Positions 37,245-50,598 of a stretch of DNA of 64,000 nucleotides are shown in pieces. The stretch is from Aplysia californica (lineage: Eukaryota). Made by a program: the position numbers and the translations under genes. The DNA lies in NCBI RefSeq assembly GCF_000002075.1, contig NW_004797468.1:957118-1021117 (forward strand), given 5' to 3'. Below the pieces are notes generated by a model, which worked only from the letters and a program-made list of their open reading frames with translations, was not told the origin of the DNA and did no database searches. The stretch's first letter is position 1. Every line of letters starts with the position of its first letter.

Positions 37245-38950
37245 GTCCCAGACATAAACTTGTATTACTATACCCAAGACTGCACTTTGGAGTAATTCCG
37301 GTTCACCATGGACCGCACCATTTGACTCTATTTGGAACCAAATGAAGGATGAGGAGGGAACAGTTGAGCGCGCACTCGACTGTAACAAGAGTGGTAATTT
37401 AACCTTCATTCTCGCCCCCCATGGTGCGCACCAGGGCAGCAAAGTTTCTATTGATAGCGAAGAACGACAACCATGACAGTGCCCGGTCTAGGATTCTAAT
37501 TCAAGTCCAGCGTAATAATATCGACTATCCGTCCCTCTTGTGAAGATTAAAGACCAAGTTGGGGGAAAGGAGTGCTGGGGGGTTACTGACTGGGCCAATT
37601 TCAGTGAATACTGTTATATTCTTGGTTGTACCCGAGGGGTATCTGATCACGAAACCTGGAGATGAAGTAACAGATTCAAGCTCCGATAATTTTATGCTTT
37701 ATTTTTCCCTTAGATTTAAAATATTTGGGAGTTCTCGAAAAGGTCCTACCATTATACATTTGCTTAATGAAGAGTCCGTTCACAGAAATGAGTTTGAGTC
37801 CAACAGGGTTTGGATATCGAACCATGTCGAATATATCGTAAATTATCAAGTATAACAATGTATTCCCAGCATTCATTATTACAGGGTACAGCCTCCTCAG
37901 CTCTGTTCCAGTAATACACTGTATACCGTTAATTTGCCGCACAAGGCGAGCTGGACATTCTTCTCTGGACCTTCCTTCCGCTCGGCTGGATCAAGGATCT
38001 GCATCAATGATACTACAGTCTACAGTCTACTACATGTAGAATAAGACAAACATAGATGCAGTTTCAAAGATGCTGTCGTAGCTGCAGTGAATCAGAGGGG
38101 GGGGGGGGGGGCTATTCAATGGACCCTTGTCTGAACTTTCGCTCCTATGCCTTCAATTTTGAGGCTTCAACAATTCATTGTGTGACGATACTGTGTATCG
38201 CCGTTTGCATTTTTGTACCTGATGCTAGTCCAATTATACAACCTTTGCCCGCTGGTCACAGCCGTATAGTACATGTATTACAATGTGTTATGTATGTTGA
38301 GGTTCTCTGCATGTCTGTTCTCGTTTTTTTGCCCAGTATGCTAAGCAGAGTAATTATAAATACATGTATATCTTACGCCCCCTGAGACACGATGTAAAAT
38401 ATAATCCAGGAAATGGGTTTGTTTCCATCCCCCGTGAGACTGTGAGGGTCAAATCGCGCTGAGTGAGATCTAGTGTCCTGGACGACAAACCAAGACTAAG
38501 ACACATGATGATGAAATGACTTACAACTCGAGAATCGTACTCACGTATTCTGCGAGCAACAGCAAAGAGCCTAATTCGAGTATCAATAGTTACACTGTTA
38601 TACCATAGCTGCTGAGAGCTAAAATTCTGGATAAATCGAAAGCATCCGTTTCGTTAAGTTGAAGTTGAAGCCATTCTAGGCTAAACAGCACAAGCTGGCA
38701 TCTGTTCAAAGTGAACTTTGCAGTAGGCCCCTAGGACACTGTATTAGGAAACTGCTTTTCGAGCTCAGTGAATACAACTTTCAGAAATCAAAATCTTTGG
38801 AGAGTTCGGAGTCATGATGTAAAAATAGCGGTTTGAATTATTTTGATTTACCGAATCTGAAGTTAACAAAGAGGTGTTAAGAATTATTTTTGTCACAATA
38901 CCCATTGTATTGTTTTCGGCCTACATGTAGATTCACATTTGTACGTGTTA

Positions 38951-39693
38951 GGCTACAGATCTGACCACTCACAGTGTTGGTGCGAGTCCATGTGATGGCT
39001 ACAGATTTGACCACTCACAGTGTTGTTGCGAGTCCATGTGATGGCTACAGATCTGACCACTTACAGTGTTGGTGCGAGTCCATGTGATGGCTACAGATCT
39101 GACCACTCACAGTGTTGGTGCGAGTCCATGTGATGGCTACAGATCTGACCACTCACAGTGTTGGTGCGAGTCCATGTGATGGCTACAGATCTGACCACTT
39201 ACAGTGTTGGTGCGAGTCCATGTGATGGCTACAGATCTGACCACTTACAGTGTTGGTGCGAGTCCATGTGATGGCTACAGATCTGACCACTCACAGTGTT
39301 GGTGCGAGTCCATGTGATGGCTACAGATCTGACCACTCACAGTGTTGGTGCGAGTCCATGTGATGGCTACAGATCTGACCACTCACAGTGTTGGTGCGAG
39401 TCCATGTGATGGCTACAGATCTGACCACTTACAGTGTTGGTGCGAGTCCATGTGATGGCTACAGATCTGACCACTTACAGTGTTGGTGCGAGTCCACGTG
39501 ATGGCTACAGATCTGACCACTTACAGTGTTGGTGCGAGTCCACGTGATGGCTACAGATCTGACCACTTACAGTGTTGGTGCGAGTCCATGTGATGGCTAC
39601 AGATCTGACCACTTACAGTGTTTGTGCGAGTCCACGTGATGGCTACAGATCTGACCACTTACAGTGTTGGTGCGAGTCCACGTGATGGCTACA
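38951..39693. repeat. 46-bp minisatellite, about 16 copies
   Basis: Unit GGCTACAGATCTGACCACT(C/T)ACAGTGTTGGTGCGAGTCCA(T/C)GTGAT. Confidence 0.95.
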
Positions 39694-40084
39694 GCGACGT
39701 TCTTGTTCTACTTGACGGTCTACCACTGGACCAGTCAGAATACTGTTCCTGTTGAAGTTTTGAAGGTCTTCTTGTCTCCTACAGAGTCCACAATATTAAC
39801 ATTTTCTATCTGCGTGTATACAAGTGTAGAAGTCTGTGTTTGGTGGTTGTAGTGTATACAGGTATACAAGTGTAGAATTCTGTGTTTGGCGGTTGTAGTG
39901 TAAGTGTATACAGGTCTAGGGATGTGATTGTATCAAAAGTGTTTCGGTCCCAAAAAAGAGCTCTACTATACATGTTTTGGTGGTTATAGCGTAGTTTGCT
40001 CTTTTTTCTGGGGGGTTTTCTGGGGCGGTTCTTTTTTTTTTGGGGGGGGGGGTTCTTGAATAGTTAATTAGCGTGTGGACAAAA

Positions 40085-40312
40085 TGGTGAACTGGTATAG
40101 AAGATTTAACGTCCTTATCAACACTGTTAGGTTCATTAAGAGGCGGGATCTCCGGGTATTATCTCCGAAAAGACCGAGCCAAATGGGGAATTCGTGAGAA
40201 GTATCTTTCCCAGGGACACAACGTCGGACTTAGCTGCGGCTCAAACCCCGCCGATCCCACAATCTCACGATGACAGGTCCTGTAGCCTAACCACTAGGCC
40301 ACCGACGCCACC
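40085..40312 (-). mobile_element. tRNA-derived SINE, CORE-like
   Basis: A box TGGCCTAGTGG, B-box-like GGTTTGAGCC, then GTTGTGTCCCTGGGAAAGATACTT resembling the CORE domain. Confidence 0.6.
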
Positions 40313-40909
40313 AATCAGTGTGTGTGAGTGATAGTATTAGTATTAGTAGGCCCTACAACCGAAGACAAAATCTTTGCTACAACTTCAATGTATAAATTGT
40401 GAGATGTGCCGACAAAATGAGTTACTTATCACGATCCAAGAATGGCGATATCGGCTGAAAATTGACACATGGGGTCAGATTTATAGATTTTCAATTGATG
40501 CCATTGTGTTCAAGTTTTACTGTGTCTTTTACTATTCCATGCTCACAAATTGCACAAACTTCAGCTATCAAGTTGATGTATAAATTTCCATAAATACTAA
40601 AATCCGAGAAGTAACTCATTTGGTCAGCACACCTCACAATTATAAAATTACCCTGCACTGGCCAACACAGCACAGGTATATCGTGGCCAGTCAGAGGGGA
40701 CTTATGATGGAACGGATTTTTATGATTGACTGTCGGGAGGACTGGCACTGATATGTTGTTAATAACAATAAAATTTACAATAATTCTTTTGTTGTTCCAT
40801 TGAGAATGAGATCTGGTTTTCTACTTTACTGAAGGAAGAAAAAGCCTCACTCTGTGGCAAAACTGATCTATCGTATTTACTCAACCTTTTTGAGGCATAT
40901 GTGAGAGCA

Positions 40910-40971
<62 letters not shown>

Positions 40972-41123
40972 CGTGCGTGCAGGCATTTGTATGGTTGGGA
41001 TGGGGGAGGCATCTGGACAGCTTTTTTTCTGTTCTTTGCCATAACGAGGCTGTACTGTTACTGTTATCTAAACCAGCAATCTCTAAAGAAATCACCCTCT
41101 TTACGCTTAAATGGGGGGGGGGG

Positions 41124-41652
41124 GGGGATCTCGTGGCCTAGAGGTTAAGATGTTCGCCTCTCATTCAAAGGCCTCGGGTTCGACTCCGGGTAGCGATGGA
41201 AAAATTTCCTTCTCTCTAAAATTGTCTCCTTTCACCTCTTTTCCTGCTCTCTAGCAATGTTCTGTCGTCTGCTTTCGCTTCCACTTTCTGCCCCCACCCC
41301 CTCACCTCCTTTGCCCCCTCCTCGGGGCTCCTGGCTCTTTCTGCATCCTTGCTACTGCTACTCCTTGGCTCCTTCTTTCTGCTGTCTTTCACTTTCAGCC
41401 ACACCCCTGATCTTCTGGTAGGAAAGATCTACACCTAACCTTCTCGGACAAGGGCGAAAAATCTCAGATACCCCATGTGCAAGTTGCGCACGTTAAAGAC
41501 CCCTTGATGGTCTAAAATCGATAAGAGTAGGCTTCGGCCGCCACCCAGGCAAAATTCAAAATTTCCTACCAACTGAAAATGTTTGGTGTGTCCCGCGCGT
41601 TCATATGACCTTATGCAGTTGTGAGCGCCGTAAAACACTTATCACAAAAAAA
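41124..41652 (+). mobile_element. tRNA-derived SINE with a Meta/MESC-like central motif and a LINE-like 3' tail
   Basis: A box TGGCCTAGAGG, B box GGTTCGACTCC, central GCACGTTAAAGACCCC, tail CATATGACCTTATGCAGTTGTGAGCGCCGTAAAAC, A-rich end. Confidence 0.7.
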
Positions 41653-42346
41653 AGAAAAAACCCCACTCAAATTACTTTTGAAGTACTCAATCCAGTATTA
41701 CTGAACAAGATAACTTATTCTTCCAATTAAAAAAATATCAGCGGTAGATACACGTACATGTTTTTGGAGTTTGGACTAAAACATTTTTTGGAATTGGTAT
41801 TTTTTAAACTGTCCTCTAACAGACGTGAGCCAACATGGGTGAAATTACTTGATTGACATCTTCAGAATATATCCCTGACCATCAATGATTTATTTATAGA
41901 GGCACCAGCCATCCATGTCCAGGTGCTGTTTTAGCCAGAATATATCCCTATAAATTATAAACAAACAGCATTCTCTGCCAGTTGTCTACAGAAAGTCATC
42001 CCAGAAGCAAACGACTGACCCAAGAGTCGGCACATTGATCATTGAAGCAATGCATTGCACCAATAAAAATAGCACTGAATCTCACAAGGGACATTGTCTT
42101 TGAGTAGCCTGCTTCTTAATTCTACGTCAAACGCATTTCAGACTGGAAGAAGTAGATTGATATAATATTTATACAAACAAAAAGAAAAACAGACGTATAT
42201 ATTCCCCAATCCAAGTGGAAGTATTATGAAAATGAAATAGAAGGAAATTTACACCTCTGGATTCACTGTTTGTGTCATTACACAAAGAGTTGTAACGGGT
42301 CTTCGTACACATTAACATTAGCGTAATCCTTCATTGAAAACTAATA

Positions 42347-43153
42347 CAGTGGAATCCTGTTATAACGAGAGGGAGGGGACCGGTGCGAACTGTCCATTAT
42401 AGCAGGATTCTCGTTATTAGGGATCCAGTAATAAATTCAAGGGAAATAATAAAGTTGGCCTAATCTATGAGTTTGGTGTTATGTTTGTTCCTTTTCGTAT
42501 TTCCCCGGATGATGATGATTTTGTTCAACATGATCTCGAGGTCTTACTTGATCAAAAATCGAATCAGGTTTCTTTCTATAGCACTAGCAATGTTGACAAA
42601 TCGGCTTTGGCGATCAGAAAGAAGGGGCTCTGGCTCTACTCTAGGCTAACTCGCCCGCTGTGTTGTTCCCCACCCCACCACACCCTGTGGTGCGTTGCGT
42701 CTGCTTGTGCACGTCACACATTCACTCCATCTATCACAGCATTGTGTCCTCTCCATCCCGCATCAGAGAAGTGAGAGGCACGGTATGCCTAGATAATCTA
42801 GACAAGGCTGGCCTATCACGCGATGCGTTCTGCTTGTCTGGGCATGCCACACCCTCCCTACTCATTCGCTCCGGCCTTCATTGTTGGTTCGCGTGGGATC
42901 TCCCGTTCTTTGTTTCGCTGTATCACCAAAACAACTTTCTCAATTGGCGAGGTTTTATATATGTTTAATTGGTCTGTGCGCTGTGCACAGCAGCAGCAAT
43001 GTTCCGCTATAACCGACTCGCGTGACTGTCTGATTGCGCAATAGCAGTATTTTATTTACAAAGATAAAGAAGGAGAAAAAACGGGGTTTTAGAATAGTGT
43101 CTTTATAACAGACTTCTCGTTGTTTCAGGACTCGTTATAAGTGGACTCCACTG
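42347..43153. mobile_element. Non-autonomous Tigger/pogo-like element, copy 2 (no nested insertion)
   Basis: TA|CAGTGGAATCCTGTTATAACGAG ... CTCGTTATAAGTGGACTCCACTG|TA; the TA target duplication is intact. Confidence 0.85.
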
Positions 43154-43870
43154 TACGATAAAAAGTAAAAGATCCCAAGTCTAAATTGAAAAAAGAACAC
43201 AGAGCAGGGCTGCCCACCCACTAGCATATATATATATGGGTTTTTTTGTAATCAATGAATAAAATATCATTAGTCATCTGGCATAAAACTTCGACATATT
43301 ATGGCATGGCCATGGATAGTTTTCTTCCCTGGGGTGTCAAGAATAGGAGTTGTAGTCGAGTATAGATGTGGCATAACAAAAGTGTGATGAAAAAAAGAGA
43401 TTGCGCTGTGCTCATCATTGTTGAGTTCAGATGAGAAAACAAAGGAGNNNNNNNNNNNNNNNNNNNNNNNNNNNNNNNNNNNNNNNNNNNNNNNNNNNNN
43501 NNNNNNNNNNNNNNNNNNNNNNNNNNNNNNNNNNNNNNNNNNNNNNNGGGGGGTATTGCTTGCAAAAACAAAAGAAACATTTGAAACTCCAAAATATGTC
43601 ACAAGCCTTTGATCCTGAATGAGAGCATCACAAGACACCGACATTTAAAAATCGGAATCGTGGGTATTACGATCCTATTTTCGTAAAAGCAAGAGACATA
43701 TAAAAGAGAAATCACAATTTTACAAAGAATTTACTCGCTCAGGTGCACCCCCAGCAAATTATTGAGCACAATCACAAAGCCCAAAGCACATCCCAGACAA
43801 AGAGGGACAAAACTTCAGGGTAAACCGACGAAGTAAAACAACAAAACCTGGTGTCACTTTTAGGTGATAA

Positions 43871-43876
43871 TTTATT
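43871..43876 (-). terminator. Candidate polyadenylation signal (AATAAA) for LSM4
   Basis: tttatt on + is AATAAA on -, about 1.2 kb past the LSM4 stop. Other sites are possible. Confidence 0.35.
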
Positions 43877-45106
43877 CATGTACAAAAGCATTACCGTATT
43901 TCATGGCAGCAATATTCACAATATTACAAAAATGAATGAGATTGACATTGACCTATCAGAAAAAAAGCCAATGTATTCTGTTTTAAAAGACCTGACCACT
44001 TTGCAGTTGAATATATTTCTGAGAAAATGAAAGGAGAGCAGCCACGATGTAACATGCAGGTCAAATGCACAGCCTCATACCGTCAAAAGATATCTTTGAG
44101 TTGTAAAGTGAGAAGCAAAATGATTGCGATGGTTCTTTTACATGGAAAAAATCTCAACATTTTTGTTTTTGCAAATGTGAAATATTCACAGAAAAAAAGC
44201 CTTTCAACATTAAATTAGCTCATGTATCAAAAACATTTGACGGCTTTGTATACTGACCTAGACTGTTCACTCCATAATCCCCAACAAATTGACTATTCCA
44301 CCAAATGTAAATGGGAACTGGAAACTACATTACACAGACAGGAATAGAGAGCACAAAATTATCCTAAATATAGTCGCAAAGAAATTAACATCAACAGTAT
44401 CCTCTCCACGCACTTCTACACCCCCCCCCCCAAAAAAAAACAACAACCAACAAACAAACGAACAAACATTAACAGTATACACTAGATCTGTGTACGTTCA
44501 ACTCTTTTTCTCAACACCCACAAGCACACACACGCACCGGTCTGAACAAACATGAGCACCGAGCACGTTCATAAAGGACAAGCCCAATTCTTCCCAAAAA
44601 GTCACGTATACAATATGCAATCATATCCACACATACAAGCACATCTCTCACACAAACAAGCGTAGTATGACCTTTTGTCATTCATAACACATGAACAGTT
44701 TCACTTTGCTCACACAAACTCAAACATACTAACAACCACTTATCATAATCCAATGGCTTACAGCAGTGAGACTCGTCGACTTAAACTTGTCAGTTTTTCA
44801 TAATCTTACTCACTTTTCACGCTAGGAGTTATCTGAAACAATCATTGACAGCAACACACTCATAATTTTTGTGCAAGCCTTTGCTTTTCAGAAAAATTCC
44901 AGCGCTTCTGTAGGCACTTCATAGTGTGTAATACCAGAACTTCAAGAGCTTACAACAATGACACTTGACTGCCTTAACATATCCATCTTTCATATTCCTC
45001 TTGTTCAAACTTGCACCTGAAAACATCTGCAACAATTCCCCATGGTCATACATTCAGGGAAACCATTTGAACACATACAAAATGGACAAAACCTTCCATG
45101 CTGTTT

Positions 45107-45195
45107 TCAGTTACCCCGTCGATTTCCTGGCTTGTTGCCACCACCACCACCACGACCCCCACCACGGCCTCCGCGACCACCAGGCTGGAAAGCAC
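45107..45195 (-). CDS. LSM4: LSM4 exon 5 (RGG tail to TGA); spliced CDS is 408 nt, 135 aa
   Basis: tttttcag|GT GCT TTC CAG...GRGGRGGGRGGGGGNKPGNRRGN-TGA; the phase matches exon 4. Confidence 0.93.
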
Positions 45196-46981
45196 CTGAA
45201 AAACAGCGGACACATCGGAACATGAGCATGACAGAGTTTACTCTCTGTGTATACATTAGCGGAAGAACTACAGAAAAAAAGCTTTTTTTATCACTTATCT
45301 GGACCACAGTGTTTTGACCGCTAAATTTGTTAGAAGGGAGGACACCCTACTTACAGACGATTCGTTGTGACTCCAAACACTGGTCACATGATTTGTACCG
45401 TACCAACAAATCCCAGGTCTGTCTATAACATTGTCATTTACAACCACATTGGTCAAAGCAAAGTCAGCGTTATATGACTATGGCTATTTAACCATTAAAC
45501 ACCACTTGAAGAGGAAGACAAGGAGGCAGAGGCCAGAACTGCTGTGGAGAGGATGATGGTTTTAGGAGCACAGAGAGGAAGCGGAAAATCTGGCACCCTT
45601 GCAGGAAAGAACAGAAGAACGTTCAACCAGATGTGCACTGGCACAATCAGTACAAAGACCGTTAGTAACATTTTGGAGAGAGCAAAGGAGCATCAATGGA
45701 CGTATTTGGAAAGCAAGGATGTTGCTTCCTGAAACAATGGAACAATGGAACACCTAGAGCAGCATTGCCTGAAATCTATTGATTCTGACCTAGAGCGGCC
45801 TTGCGCGACGTTTCAATCGCCAAGCGCACAACCTTTTTGTGGTATGCATTTGCATGAGGTCTTGGAAGAATGTCTGATTAGAACCGATAGAAACCGAGGC
45901 TAAAAAACGAAAGTACAGTAGTTCTCCTTTCTTTGAGTTTTCGTATGGTCAAAATTAACCCAGAAACAGGGCGTGTTTGTGAATTTTAAAAAAGTAAATA
46001 TGACGAAAAGGAGGGTGCGATGGAATTCAAAGTTGGATAAGTTTCCAAGAAAACTTTGAAAGTTGATTTCTCGGTCTACAATAATACTGTATTTTTAAGT
46101 CATACCAGTTGGTTATTTTTTTCATTTAATGAAACAGCTAGGTACCAAATGAAATCCCAATAGTCACAACCATAATGAGAGAAATAAATAACTAGACAAT
46201 ACTGTGTCGCAACGGAAACTGGCTCATTAGAAAAAAAATATTCTTTTCCTAACATACAGCAGAGTCCACGAATCTCGAACACGAAAATCACGAATTTACG
46301 GGTATCTCAAACATAATACTTGGTCCCGTTTCAGACCCTAAACTTTCTTTCTATTGACTTCACGGAGTTTCCGAACACTCGGAATACGCAACACTCGAAT
46401 CTCGAACCAATCCATTTCGCATTCTCAATGAAAGTCCCAGCTTTACAGGCTTTCAGGCCACAAGCAGGTGTTTCTTTGTTATTGTTACAGCCAAAACATG
46501 GTCCTTATCTCACCATGAGAGGCTGGAGGAAGAGGGGACGAGGAAAGGGGGTCGGGGAGGGATGCTGATCGCACCGCACGACTGGCTTGCGACGCGCGTG
46601 CAATCATGCTGTGGGACGGGTGCGGTGCGGATGGCAAGAGGCATTACTTTCTGTAAGCCAATGAAATGAGAGGAAAGGAAGGACTTAGGAGTCGGCTGTG
46701 CATATGTGAGATTTTCTGCTTTCCACTTTTTCATCTGCTTGCTTTCACACCGTCAACACGTTCATCAAGGGAGTTAACGTTAGTTTTTTTTATATTTACC
46801 TCCCTTGACTTTCTCTCTATTTCTTTGTATTTGGGGCTTCCACGGATATGGCAAATTACAGAAATCTCAAACACTATTTCAAATCCCAGACAAATTCGAG
46901 TTACCAGTGTTTGACTGTAGTGCATTTTCCCCTGATCACTTTGTAAAGAATCTTATATTTTAAATTAATCTTTTTTTAAAA

Positions 46982-47410
46982 CATGTGTCATGATACGGTG
47001 GAATTAGGCGCTAGTCAATTTTTGTGCATGTGGAGTTATTGGTATCATCTGAAAGCTGATTTATTTGCCTTGCTTCCAATGAAATAAATATCATTTATCT
47101 TGAATAGAACTCAAGATATCTGCATTTGAAGGATGTGAGGTCGCCTGGTTTCAGTGGTGAAATTAGTGGGAAAATGGCCGCTAAAGATTGGTAACTCTAA
47201 TACTTAAAAAAAGAGTCTTTGAAAACTGAAAAATGACATTTTTTGTGCCTTTAATCGATGTTTTCAGTAACATTCACATGAAAATATGTTTTTAAATGGA
47301 CATAAAAGAGGTAAAGCCAAAAACATAAAAATTGTACAGTGGGAAAATGCCTGTTTCTCCGATTTAATTCTTTTTGACTTGCGCTTGATTTCCCCACACT
47401 GCCTCACATA
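46982..47410. mobile_element. MITE family A, diverged copy in LSM4 intron 4
   Basis: Degenerate TIRs (ggtggaattaggcgctagtcaa / ttgacttgcgcttgatttccccacactgcctcacata) and a homologous body. Confidence 0.7.
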
Positions 47411-47709
47411 TGTAATATATGTATGATGTTTTTTAGAGGATTATGTTGCTTTTCCAGGATATCGGGGCATGCACCAGGGCAAATCTCCAGGAGCCAAATA
47501 GTTATCCAGTAGCCTACGAAAAGGTAGAAAGCACCCTCTGAATGTCATGTGACTATTGCCCTGTAAGTTTGGATTATAAAATAACGTTCTTTTCCTAGGC
47601 ACCTATAAGGTCTCAACCAAAACACTTTTACTTCTATTCCAAGTGTGAAGCAGCCCTGTCTCCTTTATTATCATTGCACACAAATAACATACATAGCAAA
47701 CAGACTGAC

Positions 47710-47884
47710 CTCTTCCTCGGCCTCTCTGACCGCCACCTCGGCCTCCTTTGAAGTCACCTCTGCCCTTTGACTTCTGAACTACTTCCTCTTTGACCATGTC
47801 TATGACCTCATCGGGTATTCTCAGATACTTGATGGTGCTGCCACGGATGTAGCATTCTGGCATGCGCCAAAACCTGTCGCCATC
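47710..47884 (-). CDS. LSM4: LSM4 exon 4 ([34 protein letters not shown]...RGRGR, Sm2 motif)
   Basis: ccccag|GAT...AGA G|gtcagt; 175 nt, ends in phase 1. Confidence 0.97.
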
Positions 47885-48388
47885 CTGGGGACAGAAACAT
47901 GAGATTAACATGAGAAAAAATTACAGCAATGACGTCCATAATGTATACTTTTCCTCAAGACGAAAACAAAAACTATGCAGATGTATAGTTTGGGGTTTTT
48001 TTTGGCTCTAGTCTAATGGAAACTTGGCCATGGTTTATTTTTTAAACGGTTAATCCTTTTTCTGACTGCAAAAGTCGATCTGCAAGTTCTCAATAAAAAT
48101 TAGGAACTAGCTTTCAAGTCTTATCTCATCATCTAAATCAAATTTTCAAGAAAACAGTTACACAGAGTTAGAAAATAGCATTGATGATTATGTTGATGCA
48201 GTTGTGATGACTACAGTAGACATCCTATGATGCAGTGTGTACTCTTTCCAACCAAAATACTATACGCCCTCTTATGTGTGCTCTACATTCATACATGGAA
48301 TCTGAAAATCATCTTTGTGAAGAACTCCACAGACCAAATTATGCTGTATGAGGTTTTTTAACAAAAAAGGCACCAAAATACAGCGACC

Positions 48389-49449
48389 AACCAGACTGTA
48401 AATCAAGCAGACCTTGCTAATCAATCGACAGAAAAACCAGACTGTAGATCAAGCAGACCTTGCTAATCAATCGACAGAAAAACCAGACTGTAGATCAAGC
48501 ACACCTTGCTAATCAATCGACAGAAAAACCAGACTGTAGATCAAGCACACCTTGCTAATCAATCGACAGAAAAACCAGACTGTAGATCAAGCAGACCTTG
48601 CTAATCAATCGACAGAAAAACCAGACTGTAGATCAAGCAGACCTTGCTAATCAATCGACAGAAAAACCAGACTGTAGATCAAGCACACCTTGCTAATCAA
48701 TCGACAGAAAAACCAGACTGTAGATCAAGCACACCTTGCTAATCAATCGACAGAAAAACCAGACTGTAGATCAAGCACACCTTGCTAATCAATCGACAGA
48801 AAAACCAGACTGTAGATCAAGCACACCTTGCTAATCAATCGACAGAAAAACCAGACTGTAGATCAAGCACACCTTGCTAATCAATCGACAGAAAAACCAG
48901 ACTGTAGATCAAGCAGACCTTGCTAATCAATCGACAGAAAAACCAGACTGTAGATCAAGCAGACCTTGCTAATCAATCGACAGAAAAACTAGACTGTAGA
49001 TCAAGCACACCTTGCTAATCAATCGACAGAAAAACCAGACTGTAGATCAAGCAGACCTTGCTAATCAATCGACAGAAAAACCAGACTGTAGATCAAGCAG
49101 ACCTTGCTAATCAATCGACAGAAAAACTAGACTGTAGATCAAGCACACCTTGCTAATCAATCGACAGAAAAACTAGACTGTAGATCAAGCAGACCTTGCT
49201 AATCAATCGACAGAAAAACCAGACTGTAGATCAAGCAGACCTTGTTAATCAATCGACAGAAAAACTAGACTGTAGATCAAGCAGACCTTGCTAATCAATC
49301 GACAGAAAAACCAGACTGTAGATCAAGCAGACCTTGCTAATCAATCGACAGAAAAACTAGACTGTAGATCAAGCAGACCTTGCTAATCAATCGACAGAAA
49401 AACCAGACTGTAGATCAAGCAGACCTTGCTAATCAATCGACAGAAAAAC
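48389..49449. repeat. 46-bp minisatellite, about 23 copies, in LSM4 intron 3
   Basis: Unit ACCAGACTGTAGATCAAGCA(G/C)ACCTTGCTAATCAATCGACAGAAAA. Confidence 0.95.
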
Positions 49450-50207
49450 AGTGTCCACAGAATCCCGCCAAAAGATGAGGAGTTTGGGAGAAAAAATCAG
49501 TGTCACAAGAACCCGAGTAGATTAAGATTACTTAACAAACTGAACATGGCAAATTAACATGTACATTGAAAACATACGCAAATAACACATATAAATAAAG
49601 ATGTGTATATTCATATCTTTTATTATAAATTGCACAAATATGCAAACAAAAATGTGTATTTTCATGTCTATTACAACAAATAAAGTAGGTCTGTTTAAAG
49701 TTAAAACTTCAGCATATCCATGATGATAAAATCTGTTGCATTTCAAAATCTTTAAAAAAATAAGGATAGCTTGTGATATTCTATGAACAATTTTTGAAAA
49801 TAAGTAAGTAATGAAACAAGTGCTTGTTATTTTTTAAGTCAGTGTCATTTACCCAAAGATAGACAGAGATGTCAAATGCAATTTTATTATTTATACATTA
49901 CTAAAAATGTGTGTTCTAAAAACGCTGTGTCTCTTGTACACATAATTATATGGCAATCATATTACCACCCTAGCATTTTACTTCTTGCTCTATTCCTAAC
50001 AGAAAAGGCAAGGTTGAGTTACTGACAGGGCAAGGTTGAGTTACTGACAGGAATCGGACTGCAACAATTAACTCAAAGCAAATACAAAATGGATTAATAC
50101 TTTCTAAATTTCAAATAATTTTCACAACAATTATTCCAAAAGCCTTTTTTCTCTCAGAAAAATTATGGGGTTTTTTCTATGAAGAGATCTGCGGTTACAC
50201 AGCTTAC

Positions 50208-50306
50208 CCTTGATGTGCAGATGACTTCGCGAAGATTGATGTTCATCCAGTTGTCACAGCTGACCAGATGGCCGTTGTATGTTTCACCATTCTTCAATTC
50301 CACCAG
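50208..50306 (-). CDS. LSM4: LSM4 exon 3 ([33 protein letters not shown], Sm1 motif)
   Basis: ttcag|CTG...AGG|gtaagc; 99 nt; essentially identical to animal LSM4. Confidence 0.97.
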
Positions 50307-50598
50307 CTGAATAAAGAAGAGAGAACAAAAAAAGACAATGACAAAAATGTCATGGTCCCACACACACACACAGTTTATCTCACACAGGCCTGGATCACTA
50401 ACAGCAACAACATCTCATACAGGTGGGTTTTGATGAATCAAACTCAAAGAGACTACAGCTGGTTCTAGTTCACTATTATAATGCAACTCTGGTAATATGT
50501 ATTGTGTTGTAAAGATTTCAAGTCATTTACACTTCAAATGCACACCTTTCTGCCTCGTATAAAAACATAAAGTACAGTTGTGTGTTTTAGCACATTAA

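Noticed and set aside
38951-39693. Regular 37-46-bp arrays (also 48389-49449 and 58626-60353) as CRISPR arrays
   Set aside because: Units are contiguous with no unique spacers, there are no cas genes, and the context is eukaryotic.
41124-41200. tRNA gene
   Set aside because: A and B boxes are present, but I could not fold a canonical cloverleaf and the sequence continues into a SINE body.
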